Source: Longimicrobiales bacterium
GTDB lineage: Bacteria > Gemmatimonadota > Gemmatimonadetes > Longimicrobiales > Gaopeijiaceae
Assembly (NCBI GenBank): GCA_965202805.1
Contig: OZ241869.1
Span: forward strand, 2,400,001-2,464,000
DNA length: 64,000 nt
Direction: 5' to 3'
Numbering within the stretch: position 1 is the first letter of the stretch; the number at the start of each line of letters is the position of its first letter. The notes under the pieces were generated by a model. It saw nothing but the letters and a program-made list of their open reading frames with translations. It had not been told where the DNA came from and searched no databases. A program made the position numbers and the translations under genes. Shown one piece after another: positions 8,945-17,823 of this stretch.

Positions 8945-9987
8945 GGCGCGCCTCCGGTCCACAGAGTGGCCTGTCTCCCGGCTTCGCCCCTTCTCCGCTC
9001 CGGGAGCAGCGGTTCGATCAGCAGCAGGAGGATGGCCGCTCCCAGGAAAAGCTGGAACTGCTCCTCGAACTGCGCGATCTCGCGGGCATCGATCTCGCGC
9101 GTACCCACCGCGCTCATCTCCTCGATGAGGGCATCGAGTTCGACGCTCTGCGGGGTGCTGAGATAGAAGCCTCCCCCGGTGGCCTCGGCGATCCGGCGCA
9201 AGGTAGCCCCGTCCAGCCGCGTGGTCACGACGTTGCCGTCGGCATCCCTCAGGAAGCCCTGCCTGTTGCCCGCGGCGTCCAATTCGGGGATCGGCACCCC
9301 GTCCGGCGAGCCGATGCCCACCGTGAAGACGCGCACGCCGGTATCGTTGGCGCGCCGGATGGCCTCGTCGACCTCGCCCTCGTGGTCCTCTCCGTCGGTC
9401 ACGATGAGGAGCACCCGGAACTCGCGCACCTCCTCGTCGAAGAGGTCGAGCGCGACGTTCATCGCCTCTCCGAGATTGGTCCCCTGCACCGGAACCAGAT
9501 CCACGTCCATGGCGCTCAGGAAGAGCCGGGTGGCGGCGTAGTCGGTGGTGAGCGGGCTCTGCACGAAGGCCTGGCCGGCGAAGGCCACCAGCCCGACCCG
9601 GTCGCCTTCGAGCCGGTCCACCAGGCGCAGGACCTCGAGCTTCGCGCGCTGCAGCCGGTTCGGGGCGATGTCCTCCGCGAGCATGGAGCGGGACAGGTCG
9701 AGCGCCACGACGACATCCTTGCCCTCGCGGCGCACGGTCTCCACCCGGGTGCCGAACTGGGGGCGGGCCAGGGCGGTGAGCAGCAGGCCCACGCTCCCGA
9801 GGAAGAGCAGGGTGCGCAGCGTCCGGTTGCGCCGGTGCACCGACGCGGCCAGCCGCTGCACCAGTTCGCTGTCCCCGAAGCGGTCCAGCGCCCGCCGTCG
9901 CGCGCGCGCCGCATGCCGGAGCAGCAGCGCCAGCAGGGGCACCAGCAGCAGCGCGAAGAGGAGTTCGACGGATCCGAATCTGAACAT
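8941..9987 (-). CDS. batB: BatB vWA domain protein
   Basis: LARPQFG, MIDAS DLSRSM, GLVAFAG.AF.QSPLTTD, TDGEDH. Confidence 0.9.
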   Translation of the reverse strand: MFRFGSVELLFALLLVPLLALLLRHAARARRRALDRFGDSELVQRLAASVHRRNRTLRTLLFLGSVGLLLTALARPQFGTRVETVRREGKDVVVALDLSRSMLAEDIAPNRLQRAKLEVLRLVDRLEGDRVGLVAFAGQAFVQSPLTTDYAATRLFLSAMDVDLVPVQGTNLGEAMNVALDLFDEEVREFRVLLIVTDGEDHEGEVDEAIRRANDTGVRVFTVGIGSPDGVPIPELDAAGNRQGFLRDADGNVVTTRLDGATLRRIAEATGGGFYLSTPQSVELDALIEEMSAVGTREIDAREIAQFEEQFQLFLGAAILLLLIEPLLPERRRGEAGRQATLWTGGAP

Positions 9988-9990
9988 GGC

Positions 9991-10983
9991 TCAGGGCAGC
10001 TTGCGCAGGATGGTGTTGGCGAGCCCGGCCTCCATCAGCAGGAGCAGGAGCCCGGCGGCAAGCGGGAAGTGGAAGAGCTCGGTGTAGCGGGTGAAGTTCT
10101 GCACCTCGATCTCGGTGGTTTCCAGCTCGTCGATTTCCTGGTAGATGCCCGCCAGGCTCTCGGTGTCGGTGGCCCGGAAGTAGCGGCCGCCGGTGGTGCT
10201 CGCGACCTCGGCCAGGGTCTCCTCGTCCACGTCCACCCGCACGGTGGCGTAGCGCCGGCCGAGCAGCGGGTCGTCGACCGGCACGCGCGCGGTGCCGCGC
10301 GATCCCGCCCCGATGGTATACACCCGCACGCCCAGGGCCTGTGCCATCTGCGCGGCGGTGAGCGGGTCGATCTCGCCGCGGTTGTTGCGGCCGTCGGTGA
10401 GCAGCACCACGACCTTCGATTCGGCCGCGCTCTCGTTCAGCCGCTTGATCGCGGTCGCGAGCCCCATCCCCACGGCGGTGCCGTCCTCGACCATCCCCAC
10501 TTCGAGCTCGTCCATCAGGTCGCGGACGACGCCGTAGTCGAGGGTGAGCGGCACCTGGGTGAAGGCCTGTCCCGCGAACACCACCAGGCCGATGCGGTCG
10601 TTGAGCCGTCCCGATACGAAATCGGCGGCCACCTGTTTGGCGGCGTCGATGCGGTTGGGCTCGAGGTCCTCGGCCAGCATGGAGCTCGAGATGTCCAGCA
10701 CCAGCACGATGTCGATGCCCTCGGTGAGGACGTTCTCGCTGGTGACGCCGGCCCGGGGCCGGGCGAAGGCCACCACAAGCGCGGCGACGGCCAGCAGGCG
10801 CAACATGGGCAGAACATGGCGCCAGCGTCCGCCCCGGCGGATGTCGGCGCGCCGTACCGCCGCGAGGTCCGAATACACGAGCGAGCCGCCCCTGGGCGCC
10901 CGGCGTCGGAAATACCACCACGCCAGGGCGGGGACCGCGAGCAGCAGCCAGAGGAAGGCGGGGTCGGCGAATTCGAAGTTCAT
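9991..10983 (-). CDS. batA: BatA vWA domain protein
   Basis: FARPR, GIDIVLVLDISSSM, GTAVGMGLA, LLTDGRNN, TGGRYFRA. Confidence 0.9.
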   Translation of the reverse strand: MNFEFADPAFLWLLLAVPALAWWYFRRRAPRGGSLVYSDLAAVRRADIRRGGRWRHVLPMLRLLAVAALVVAFARPRAGVTSENVLTEGIDIVLVLDISSSMLAEDLEPNRIDAAKQVAADFVSGRLNDRIGLVVFAGQAFTQVPLTLDYGVVRDLMDELEVGMVEDGTAVGMGLATAIKRLNESAAESKVVVLLTDGRNNRGEIDPLTAAQMAQALGVRVYTIGAGSRGTARVPVDDPLLGRRYATVRVDVDEETLAEVASTTGGRYFRATDTESLAGIYQEIDELETTEIEVQNFTRYTELFHFPLAAGLLLLLMEAGLANTILRKLP

Positions 10984-12164
10984 CGCCCGTCTCCACGCGC
11001 AAGGGGGATGACGTGCGGCTGCGCGCCGTCACGCCCCGCGACGCCATGGCGCTCGGCGCCGGGTTCCGGGCGGACATGGTTCGGCGCCGCGCTGCCCCCG
11101 CCCGCTTCCCACCCGCTCTCGTCCTGCGCGTCGTCTTGCGCATCGTCCTGGTCGCGGGCCGCCCCAACCTCCTCCGCGCCGCCCTCCCCTTCTCCCTCCG
11201 GTTCGGGCTCGGGGGGCGGCAGGGTCGCGTCCACCAGCGCGCGCGCGTCCGGCACGATCAAGGCGCACGCGGTCGGGCTCGGGCGGTGTTTTGCGAACTT
11301 GACCAGGTCGCAGTGCTCGAGGAAGGCGGTGAAACGATCGTGGACGTCCCAGGCGACGTCGGTGTCCGCCAACTGCTCGAGCACCTCCCGGCTGGTCATC
11401 TCGGGCGCGCGGATCGCGTAGCGTCCTTCCAGGTAGCGCCGGATGATGTCCGATACCTCGATGTGGTACTCCTTGATACGCCCCTGCCCCAGCAGCCCCG
11501 ACGACTCGAGCCACTCGAGCTCCTCGTAGGCGATCTCGTGCGCGGGACGCGGGGGGGCCTGGGTGACGGGACCCTCGCCGGTCGGGCGCTGGCGGGCCCG
11601 GCGCGCGAGCCACCAGCCGGCCCCCGCGGCCAGGACGAGCGCGAGGAGCCAGAGACCGATCACCAGCATGCTGCGCGGAATGGATAACGGACCCCGGATG
11701 TCGCGGATGTCCTGCCCCTCGTCGAGCCCGACGCTCACCACCGCGATGCCGAAGGGGTCGGTGACCAGTTCGCTCACTCCGCCGGGGGACGCCACGCCCA
11801 CCGTGAGGCTCGGGATCTCCAGCTCGCCCACCTCGAACGCGGTGAGAGTGAGCACCGCCGTGGTGGTGGCACGCCCGTCCGCCACGGTCGTGGGGTTCAC
11901 GACCGCGCCGAGCACCTCGAAGGGCGCCAGGTAGAGCGAGTCGGGCCACTGGACGGTCGCGTCGGGGGCGTGCTCGACCGTGACGGTCAGGTGGAGGCGC
12001 CCGCCCACCGTGGTCGTGGTGGTGTCGACCGCCACGCGGAGGGAGGGGGGTGCGGGGAGCTCCTGGGCGGCGGCCGGGGCGGGGGCGCCGACCACCGGCA
12101 GCGCCATCAGCGCGATACGGCAGGCGGCCCGCGCCGCACCGGGACATCGTTCCCAGGAAGGCAT
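10980..12164 (-). CDS. Bat-operon accessory membrane protein (Ig-like domain, TM segment, helical domain)
   Basis: IRDIRGP before the TM; SDIIRRYLEGRY..APEMTS.E and CDLVKFAK motifs typical of the gene between DUF58 and batA; start uncertain (about 12106-12383). Confidence 0.7.
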   Translation of the reverse strand: MPSWERCPGAARAACRIALMALPVVGAPAPAAAQELPAPPSLRVAVDTTTTTVGGRLHLTVTVEHAPDATVQWPDSLYLAPFEVLGAVVNPTTVADGRATTTAVLTLTAFEVGELEIPSLTVGVASPGGVSELVTDPFGIAVVSVGLDEGQDIRDIRGPLSIPRSMLVIGLWLLALVLAAGAGWWLARRARQRPTGEGPVTQAPPRPAHEIAYEELEWLESSGLLGQGRIKEYHIEVSDIIRRYLEGRYAIRAPEMTSREVLEQLADTDVAWDVHDRFTAFLEHCDLVKFAKHRPSPTACALIVPDARALVDATLPPPEPEPEGEGEGGAEEVGAARDQDDAQDDAQDESGWEAGGGSAAPNHVRPEPGAERHGVAGRDGAQPHVIPLARGDGR

Positions 12165-12210
12165 CGCCGCGCCCGACCCCGCCCAAATCGACATCACCGG
12201 GACCCAAAAC

Positions 12211-12230
12211 CGCGTTTCAGCTGAAACGCG
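12211..12230. promoter_or_regulatory. Perfect 20-bp palindrome, parS-like
   Basis: CGCGTTTCAG|CTGAAACGCG. Confidence 0.5.
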
Positions 12231-12438
12231 TCCCGCAGCGCCTGGCCCCGTGCGCCGGCTTTTTCCGGCACCGCCCCCCGCCGCGCTTCCGCGGAACCGC
12301 GTTCCGAAGCGCGCGTCGCATCGGGAGCCACCACGCCCGGGCGGGGCCAATGAAACATCCTCGCGCCCGGCCGCGTCCGCCAACCAACACCCCGCAACGC
12401 CCGCCAGAGCATCCGCGCGCCCATCCGCTTTCCCCTCA

Positions 12439-13314
12439 TCATCGCCGGCGCTCCCGCTCCTTGAAGAAGCGCGTCAGCGGCTGGAGGTACGGCTGGTCCG
12501 CGCGCACGTCGATCAGGTCGACCTTGCCGTGGCGGAGCGTCCGCTCGAGCTCCTCCTCGACCGCGGCCCGATCGCGCCCGAACGCCTCCTGGAAGCTCCG
12601 GTCGGAGGTGTTCACCACGAAGCGCTCTCCGGTCTCGGCATCCTCGAACTCCACCAGCCCGATGGGAGGCAGCTCCGTCTCGCGCCTGTCGCGCACCCGC
12701 ACCGCGATGGTGTCGTGGCGGCGGCCGGCGATGTTGAGCGCGCGCCCGAACCCGCCCGCCAGGAAGTCCGACACGAGAAACACCACCGCCCGCCGCCGGG
12801 TCACGCGCGTCAGGTACTCGAGCGCCATCCGGATATCGGTTCCGCTCCGGTCGGGCCTGTGGTACAGGAGCTCCCGCAGGACCCGCAGCACATGCCGGCG
12901 CCCCTTGCGCGGAGGCACGAACTTCTCGATCCGGTCGCTGAAGAGGATCAGCCCGACCTTGTCGTTGTTCTTGATCGCGCTGAAGGCCAGCAGGGCGCAG
13001 ATCTCCACCGCCACATCGCCCTTCATGCGCATCCGCGTACCGAAGTTGCCGGAGGCGCTCACGTCCACCACCAGCATGACGGTCAGCTCGCGCTCCTCCT
13101 CGAACACCTTCACGAACGGGGTGCCTGTGCGCGCCGTCACGTTCCAGTCGATGCTGCGAATGTCGTCCCCGTACTGGTACTCGCGCACCTCGGCGAAATT
13201 CATCCCCCGTCCCTGGAAGACGGAGTGGTATTCGCCGGAGAAGACCTCGTTGACGAGACCGCGCGTGGTGATCTCGATGCGGCGGACCTTGCGGAGGATT
13301 TCGCTCGCGATCAT
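12439..13314 (-). CDS. DUF58 domain protein
   Basis: GEYHSVFQGRGMNFAEVREYQYGDDIRSIDWNVTAR; EERE; VDVSAS; LVSDF. Confidence 0.92.
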   Translation of the reverse strand: MIASEILRKVRRIEITTRGLVNEVFSGEYHSVFQGRGMNFAEVREYQYGDDIRSIDWNVTARTGTPFVKVFEEERELTVMLVVDVSASGNFGTRMRMKGDVAVEICALLAFSAIKNNDKVGLILFSDRIEKFVPPRKGRRHVLRVLRELLYHRPDRSGTDIRMALEYLTRVTRRRAVVFLVSDFLAGGFGRALNIAGRRHDTIAVRVRDRRETELPPIGLVEFEDAETGERFVVNTSDRSFQEAFGRDRAAVEEELERTLRHGKVDLIDVRADQPYLQPLTRFFKERERRR

Positions 13315-13318
13315 TCCG

Positions 13319-14320
13319 TCACGGCACCTCGATGTTGTCCAGAATGCGGGTCACCACATCCTCCGGGGTGACCTCCTCGGCCTCCGCCTCGTAGGTGACA
13401 AGCACCCGGTGGCGAAGCACGTCCATCCCCACCGAGCGCACGTCCTCCGGGGTCACGTAGCCCCGCCGGCGCAGGAAGGCGTGGGCGCGCGCCGTCTTCG
13501 CCAGACAGATGCTGGCCCGGGGCGAACCCCCGTACGCGATCAGCTGCACCAGGTCGTCCAGCCCGCAGGCGGCCGGATCTCGCGTAGCGAACACCAGGTC
13601 GACGATGTAGCGCTCGATCTGCGGGTCCATGTATACCATCTCGACGGCATCGCGCGCCCGCAGGATCTCGTCCGGGCTCACCACCGGGGTCACGTCGCGG
13701 GCCGGCCCCGTCGCCATGCGGCGCATGATCTCGAGCTCCTCTTCCTTGTCGGGATAGCCCACGGCGAGCTTCAGCATGAAGCGGTCGACCTGGGCCTCGG
13801 GAAGCGGATAGGTGCCCTCCTGCTCGATGGGGTTCTGCGTGGCGAGCACGAGGAAGGGGTCGTCGAGCGGGAAGGTGGTCTGCCCGATGGTGACGGTGTG
13901 CTCCTGCATCGCCTCGAGCAGCGCGGCCTGGACCTTGGCCGGAGAGCGATTGATCTCGTCGGCCAGGATGACGTTCGCGAAGATGGGACCCTTGCGGGTC
14001 TTGAAATCGGACTCCCTGGGGTCGAAGACGAGGGTCCCGATGAGATCCGCGGGGAGCAGGTCGGGGGTGAACTGGATGCGCTGGAAGGAAGTGCGGATGG
14101 CCGCCGCCAGGGTGCGCACGGTCAGCGTCTTCGCGAGCCCGGGCACGCCTTCCAGGAGCACGTGTCCATCGGAGAGCAGGCCGATCAGCAGCCGCTCCAC
14201 CATGTAGCGCTGGCCCACGATGACGCGCCCGACTTCATCCAGCAGGCGCTCCACGAAGGCGCTCTCCTCGCGGATCTTGTCCTGGATGGCGGCGATGTCG
14301 TGTCTGGTTGAGGTGGTCAT
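13319..14320 (-). CDS. moxR: MoxR family AAA+ ATPase
   Basis: GHVLLEGVPGLAKT, RIQFTPDLLPAD, LADEINR, ATQNPIEQEGTYPLPEAQVDRF; start taken at MTTSTRH. Confidence 0.95.
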   Translation of the reverse strand: MTTSTRHDIAAIQDKIREESAFVERLLDEVGRVIVGQRYMVERLLIGLLSDGHVLLEGVPGLAKTLTVRTLAAAIRTSFQRIQFTPDLLPADLIGTLVFDPRESDFKTRKGPIFANVILADEINRSPAKVQAALLEAMQEHTVTIGQTTFPLDDPFLVLATQNPIEQEGTYPLPEAQVDRFMLKLAVGYPDKEEELEIMRRMATGPARDVTPVVSPDEILRARDAVEMVYMDPQIERYIVDLVFATRDPAACGLDDLVQLIAYGGSPRASICLAKTARAHAFLRRRGYVTPEDVRSVGMDVLRHRVLVTYEAEAEEVTPEDVVTRILDNIEVP

Positions 14321-14505
14321 GTGTCTTTCGGTCTTGTTGATGTGGAATCGGGGTAGCCTGGTGCGCGGAATCGAGGCCGCGTGGCCGCTTGAAGTCGATG
14401 CACGCGCGCACGTGACAGCAACTCCAGCCGCTCTTACCAGAAAATATGATAGCACAGAGCCGGAAAACGTTGCGCGCGCGCGGGCAGTCGGGGCAACTTG
14501 GGACC

Positions 14506-14847
14506 ATGGCACCATCTGACGGGGGACACACGAGCGTGGATCCGGTCCTCGAGCAGGCCGCCGGCTGGCTTGGCGAGGGGCGCCGGGTGGCGCTGGCGAC
14601 GGTCACGCGCACCTGGGGCTCGGCGCCGCGCCGTGCCGGGAGCCACATGGCGGTGGCCGAGGGCGGGGACTTCACCGGGTCGGTCTCCGGCGGATGCGTG
14701 GAATCGGCCGTCATCCACGCCGCCATGGAGGTCATGGAATCCGGCGACCCGCAGCGGCTCAAGTTCGGCGTCACCAACGAGATGGCGTGGGAAGTCGGGC
14801 TCGCCTGCGGGGGAGAGGTGGAGATCTACGTCGAAGCGGTGCGCTGA
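14506..14847 (+). CDS. xdhC: XdhC/CoxI family Moco-insertion chaperone, N-terminal domain as a separate gene
   Basis: ALATVTRTWGSAPRRAG, GSVSGGCVE, VGLACGGEVEIYVE. Confidence 0.85.
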   Translation: MAPSDGGHTSVDPVLEQAAGWLGEGRRVALATVTRTWGSAPRRAGSHMAVAEGGDFTGSVSGGCVESAVIHAAMEVMESGDPQRLKFGVTNEMAWEVGLACGGEVEIYVEAVR

Positions 14848-14850
14848 TCC

Positions 14851-15570
14851 GTGCGATCCGCCCTCCTCGACACCCTTCTGGAAGCGCAGCGGTCGGGGCG
14901 CAGCGTCGTCCTGGCGACCCGGCTGAGCGACGGCGCCCAGGAGCTGCTGGAAATCGGGCCCGCGGGGGCGCGCGAACCGCGGTCCATGGCGGGCGTCACG
15001 GCCGACCAGGTCTACGCGGCCCTGCGCGCAGAGGAAGCCCAGGTGGCCGACACCGCCGACGGCCCCGTCCTTCTGCGCCCCTACACGGTGCCCCGCAGGC
15101 TGCTGGTGGTGGGGGCGGTGCACATCGCCCAGGTGCTGGCGCGCACCTCCCCCGAGGTCGGCCTGCCGGCCACCATCATCGATCCGCGCGAGGGGTTCGC
15201 CACCCGCGACCGCTTCCCCGACGCGGAGATCGTGCGCGCCTGGCCGGACGAGGCGCTGGAGCGAATCGGGCTGGACGAGCGCAGCGCGCTGGTGGTGCTC
15301 GCGCACGATCCGAAGATCGACGACCCTGCGCTGACCGCAGCGCTCGGCAGCGACGCCTTCTACGTCGGCGCGCTCGGAGGACGCCGCACCCGACGGCAGC
15401 GCCGGGAGCGCCTCATCGAAGCGGGCTTCGCCCCCGAGGCCGTCGCGCGCATCCACAGCCCGGTGGGGCTTGCCATCGGCGCGCGCACCCCCGCCGAAAT
15501 CGCCTTCTCCATCCTGGCGCAGATCATCGACCGCATTCGCAATCCGGGGGCACCGCCGCTCGAACGCTGA
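14851..15570 (+). CDS. xdhC: XdhC family chaperone, C-terminal Rossmann domain as a separate gene
   Basis: LLVVGAVHIA, IDPR, LAHDPKIDD, YVGALG, IHSPVGL.IGARTPAEIA.SI. Confidence 0.85.
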   Translation: MRSALLDTLLEAQRSGRSVVLATRLSDGAQELLEIGPAGAREPRSMAGVTADQVYAALRAEEAQVADTADGPVLLRPYTVPRRLLVVGAVHIAQVLARTSPEVGLPATIIDPREGFATRDRFPDAEIVRAWPDEALERIGLDERSALVVLAHDPKIDDPALTAALGSDAFYVGALGGRRTRRQRRERLIEAGFAPEAVARIHSPVGLAIGARTPAEIAFSILAQIIDRIRNPGAPPLER

Positions 15571-15711
15571 GTGGGGCCGAGGTGCCGCTGGAACGCGAGG
15601 GGCCTCGGGTGGCGAGAAGCAGGGCCAATGGCCAGGAGCGGCACCAGACGACCCCAGCGTCGACGCCGGACACGATTCCGCACCAACCTCTTGCGATGCC
15701 GGCAGGATCGG

Positions 15712-15732
15712 ACTTAGTTTACTCAACTAAGT
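15712..15732. promoter_or_regulatory. Putative autoregulatory operator of the TA operon
   Basis: Perfect 8-bp inverted repeat ACTTAGTT-tactc-AACTAAGT in an AT-rich patch 25 bp before the antitoxin ATG. Confidence 0.7.
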
Positions 15733-15757
15733 TTATGCCTTCCCAGGAGCCATCGTC

Positions 15758-16003
15758 ATGCGTACCTACAACATGCATGAAGCCAAGACGCACCTCTCGC
15801 GCCTGGTTCGAGAGGCCGTCGATGGAGAGCCGTTCATCATCGCCCGCGCGGGCAGGCCGCTGGTCAGGGTGACGGCGGTGGAGGACGAAGAGGGCGGCGC
15901 CGCGCGGCGCCTCGGCTTCCTCGCCGGACACGTCACGCTTCCCCCCGATTTCGATCGCATGGGCAGGAAGAAGATCGAGGCATCGTTCGAGGGCAGATCA
16001 TGA
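15758..16003 (+). CDS. Phd/YefM family antitoxin
   Basis: MRTYNMHEAKTHLSRLV...GEPFIIARAGRPLVRV; AGGAG RBS. Confidence 0.9.
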   Translation: MRTYNMHEAKTHLSRLVREAVDGEPFIIARAGRPLVRVTAVEDEEGGAARRLGFLAGHVTLPPDFDRMGRKKIEASFEGRS

Positions 16004-16386
16004 CTTTTCTTCTCGACACCCACCTGCTGCTTTATGCCGCAGGCATGCCCGAGCGGCTTCCAAGCGTCGCGCGCACCCTTCTGGAGGATCCCGAATCGGA
16101 CCTCGTGTTCAGCGCCGCATCCCTCTGGGAGGTCGCGATCAAGAACGGGCTGGGGCGCCAGGATTACCGCGTCGACCCGCGCCTGCTCAGACGGGGACTG
16201 CTCGAGAACGGGTACACGGAACTCCCCGTCGCCGGCTCCCACGCCGTGACGGCAGACCTGCTGCCTCCGGTCAACGGCGATCCCTTCGACCGCATGCTGG
16301 TGGCGCAGGCTCAGATCGAGGGGTTGACGCTGCTTACGCTCGATCCGGTCATCGGGCGCTATCCGGGCCCGATTCGACTGCTCTGA
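16000..16386 (+). CDS. vapC: VapC PIN-domain toxin
   Basis: LLDTH, SAASLWEVAIK, DPFDRMLVAQA, LLTLD; ATGA overlap with the antitoxin. Confidence 0.9.
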   Translation: MTFLLDTHLLLYAAGMPERLPSVARTLLEDPESDLVFSAASLWEVAIKNGLGRQDYRVDPRLLRRGLLENGYTELPVAGSHAVTADLLPPVNGDPFDRMLVAQAQIEGLTLLTLDPVIGRYPGPIRLL

Positions 16387-16392
16387 CGCTCG

Positions 16393-16436
16393 AACGGAAG
16401 GGGCAGTCCGGAGCAACGGAAGGGGCGGTCCGGAGC
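16393..16436. repeat. Two 22-bp tandem direct repeats
   Basis: aacggaaggggcagtccggagc / aacggaaggggcggtccggagc. Confidence 0.85.
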
Positions 16437-16452
16437 GCCAGGCACCTGCGGC

Positions 16453-16519
16453 GGCCGGATGAGTTCTAAGGGGCCGGATGAGTTCTACGGGGGCGGACGA
16501 GTTCTACGGAGGCGGATGA
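16453..16519. repeat. About 3.5 copies of a 19-bp tandem repeat
   Basis: ggccggatgagttctaagg / ggccggatgagttctacgg / gggcggacgagttctacgg / aggcggatga. Confidence 0.85.
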
Positions 16520-16529
16520 AGACCGAACC

Positions 16530-17777
16530 TCAGCGCGGCTCCCGCAGCTCGGCCGGCAACCGGGCCAGGAAGGGCTGCTGAACCCCGAGGCTGTCCTCGC
16601 GTACGCCCAGGATGGTATCGCCCCGGATGTCGAAGACGTCGGCCGGGGCACCCAGGTCGAGAACACCCAGGTAGTCGCCCGCGAAGCTGAACACGTCCCA
16701 AAACGGGCCGCCGAAGCCCGACGGCCCCCGGTTGACGTAGGTGATGCGCTGGTCCAGCCTCTCCACGGACCGGACGCGCTGGACCAGGATGAGTTCCGCG
16801 CCGGCCTCGATGTCCGCCACCGCCGGCAGCCTCTCGGGCAGACGAACCATGGTGCGCAGATCCGGAGGGGTTTCGCTCGGATCCATGTTCCGGGCGACGA
16901 TGCCCAGGAGAATCTCGTGCTGTTCCTCATTCAGCAACACTTCGTCGCGATCCCACGAGATCCTCCGCACGGGAACGCCCTGCCGGTAGAGGGTGACCCA
17001 TGGCTCGGACATCCAGCCGGCGACGACCTCGTCCGGCTCGCGCGTGGACCAGACGAGCATGTCGGCCCAGACGGGAAAGCGCCGGTCCACCGGATTGTAG
17101 CGCGGGCGGACCGCGTACACAGCAAGAGTGTCGAGCAGCGTCCCGGTGACGGACCTGTGCGCGAGCACATGCCACGGGGCGGTTGCGGACCAGAGGTGTA
17201 CGGCCAGCGTCGAGTCGTTCGCCGCCCTCCACTCGGGCATGTACGCCTGCATGATGTCCCACCGGTGCGATTCCAACAGGTTGCCGTCACGGTCGAAGAC
17301 GCTCACGGCCTGGTTGAGGGCGTCGGGCACCAGGAGGCGGCCGGATCCGATGCCGACCATCGCTATCGTGGCGTCGCCGCTGATCTCGCCTGGTCCGGAG
17401 CCCCTGCGGCTGATGCGGCGCAGAAAGGAGCCGTCCGGCGAAAACTGCCGCACCTCGGCCGCCTCCCGGTCGAGAACGGCGACCGTCCCGTCATCCAGCA
17501 GCTCGACGCCCGCCACCTCCGCGAAGAGCATCTCCGGAGGACCCTCCATGTCCCCGATGGCCAGGATGTACTCCGCCGGATAGACCGGGCGACCGTAGGC
17601 GGCCAGCGGGCCGTGGCGCACGATCTCGACGCCGGCGCTGTCCTGGACGATGGGGGTGGGGCCGACATCCCCCGGGGCACATCCCGTGGCGACTCCCGCG
17701 AGAACCGCGGCGATGGCGATGCGTCCCGCGGCGAATGACGGAGGACGCGAGAGCGTAGGGGTCACGTATCGATCCAT
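16530..17777 (-). CDS. 6-bladed beta-propeller lipoprotein
   Basis: Lipobox ATGC; DSAGVEIV; F.PDGSFLR.I.R.GSGPGE; WDVFSFAG.YLG; GVREDSLGVQ. Confidence 0.75.
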   Translation of the reverse strand: MDRYVTPTLSRPPSFAAGRIAIAAVLAGVATGCAPGDVGPTPIVQDSAGVEIVRHGPLAAYGRPVYPAEYILAIGDMEGPPEMLFAEVAGVELLDDGTVAVLDREAAEVRQFSPDGSFLRRISRRGSGPGEISGDATIAMVGIGSGRLLVPDALNQAVSVFDRDGNLLESHRWDIMQAYMPEWRAANDSTLAVHLWSATAPWHVLAHRSVTGTLLDTLAVYAVRPRYNPVDRRFPVWADMLVWSTREPDEVVAGWMSEPWVTLYRQGVPVRRISWDRDEVLLNEEQHEILLGIVARNMDPSETPPDLRTMVRLPERLPAVADIEAGAELILVQRVRSVERLDQRITYVNRGPSGFGGPFWDVFSFAGDYLGVLDLGAPADVFDIRGDTILGVREDSLGVQQPFLARLPAELREPR

Positions 17778-17823
17778 CCGTCAAGGGTCGCGATGATTGC
17801 TTTCTGGCGAGCGGGCGGGCGGT

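Noticed and set aside
8222..11167. 981-aa ORF, and similar N-terminally extended ORFs for coxE, coxL, the NHL gene, the deacetylase and DUF1326
   Set aside because: Only the C-terminal parts are real; the extensions are off-frame overlaps with upstream genes, so starts were reassigned
16393..16519. Possible CRISPR array
   Set aside because: Repeats are contiguous with no unique spacers, and no cas genes are present
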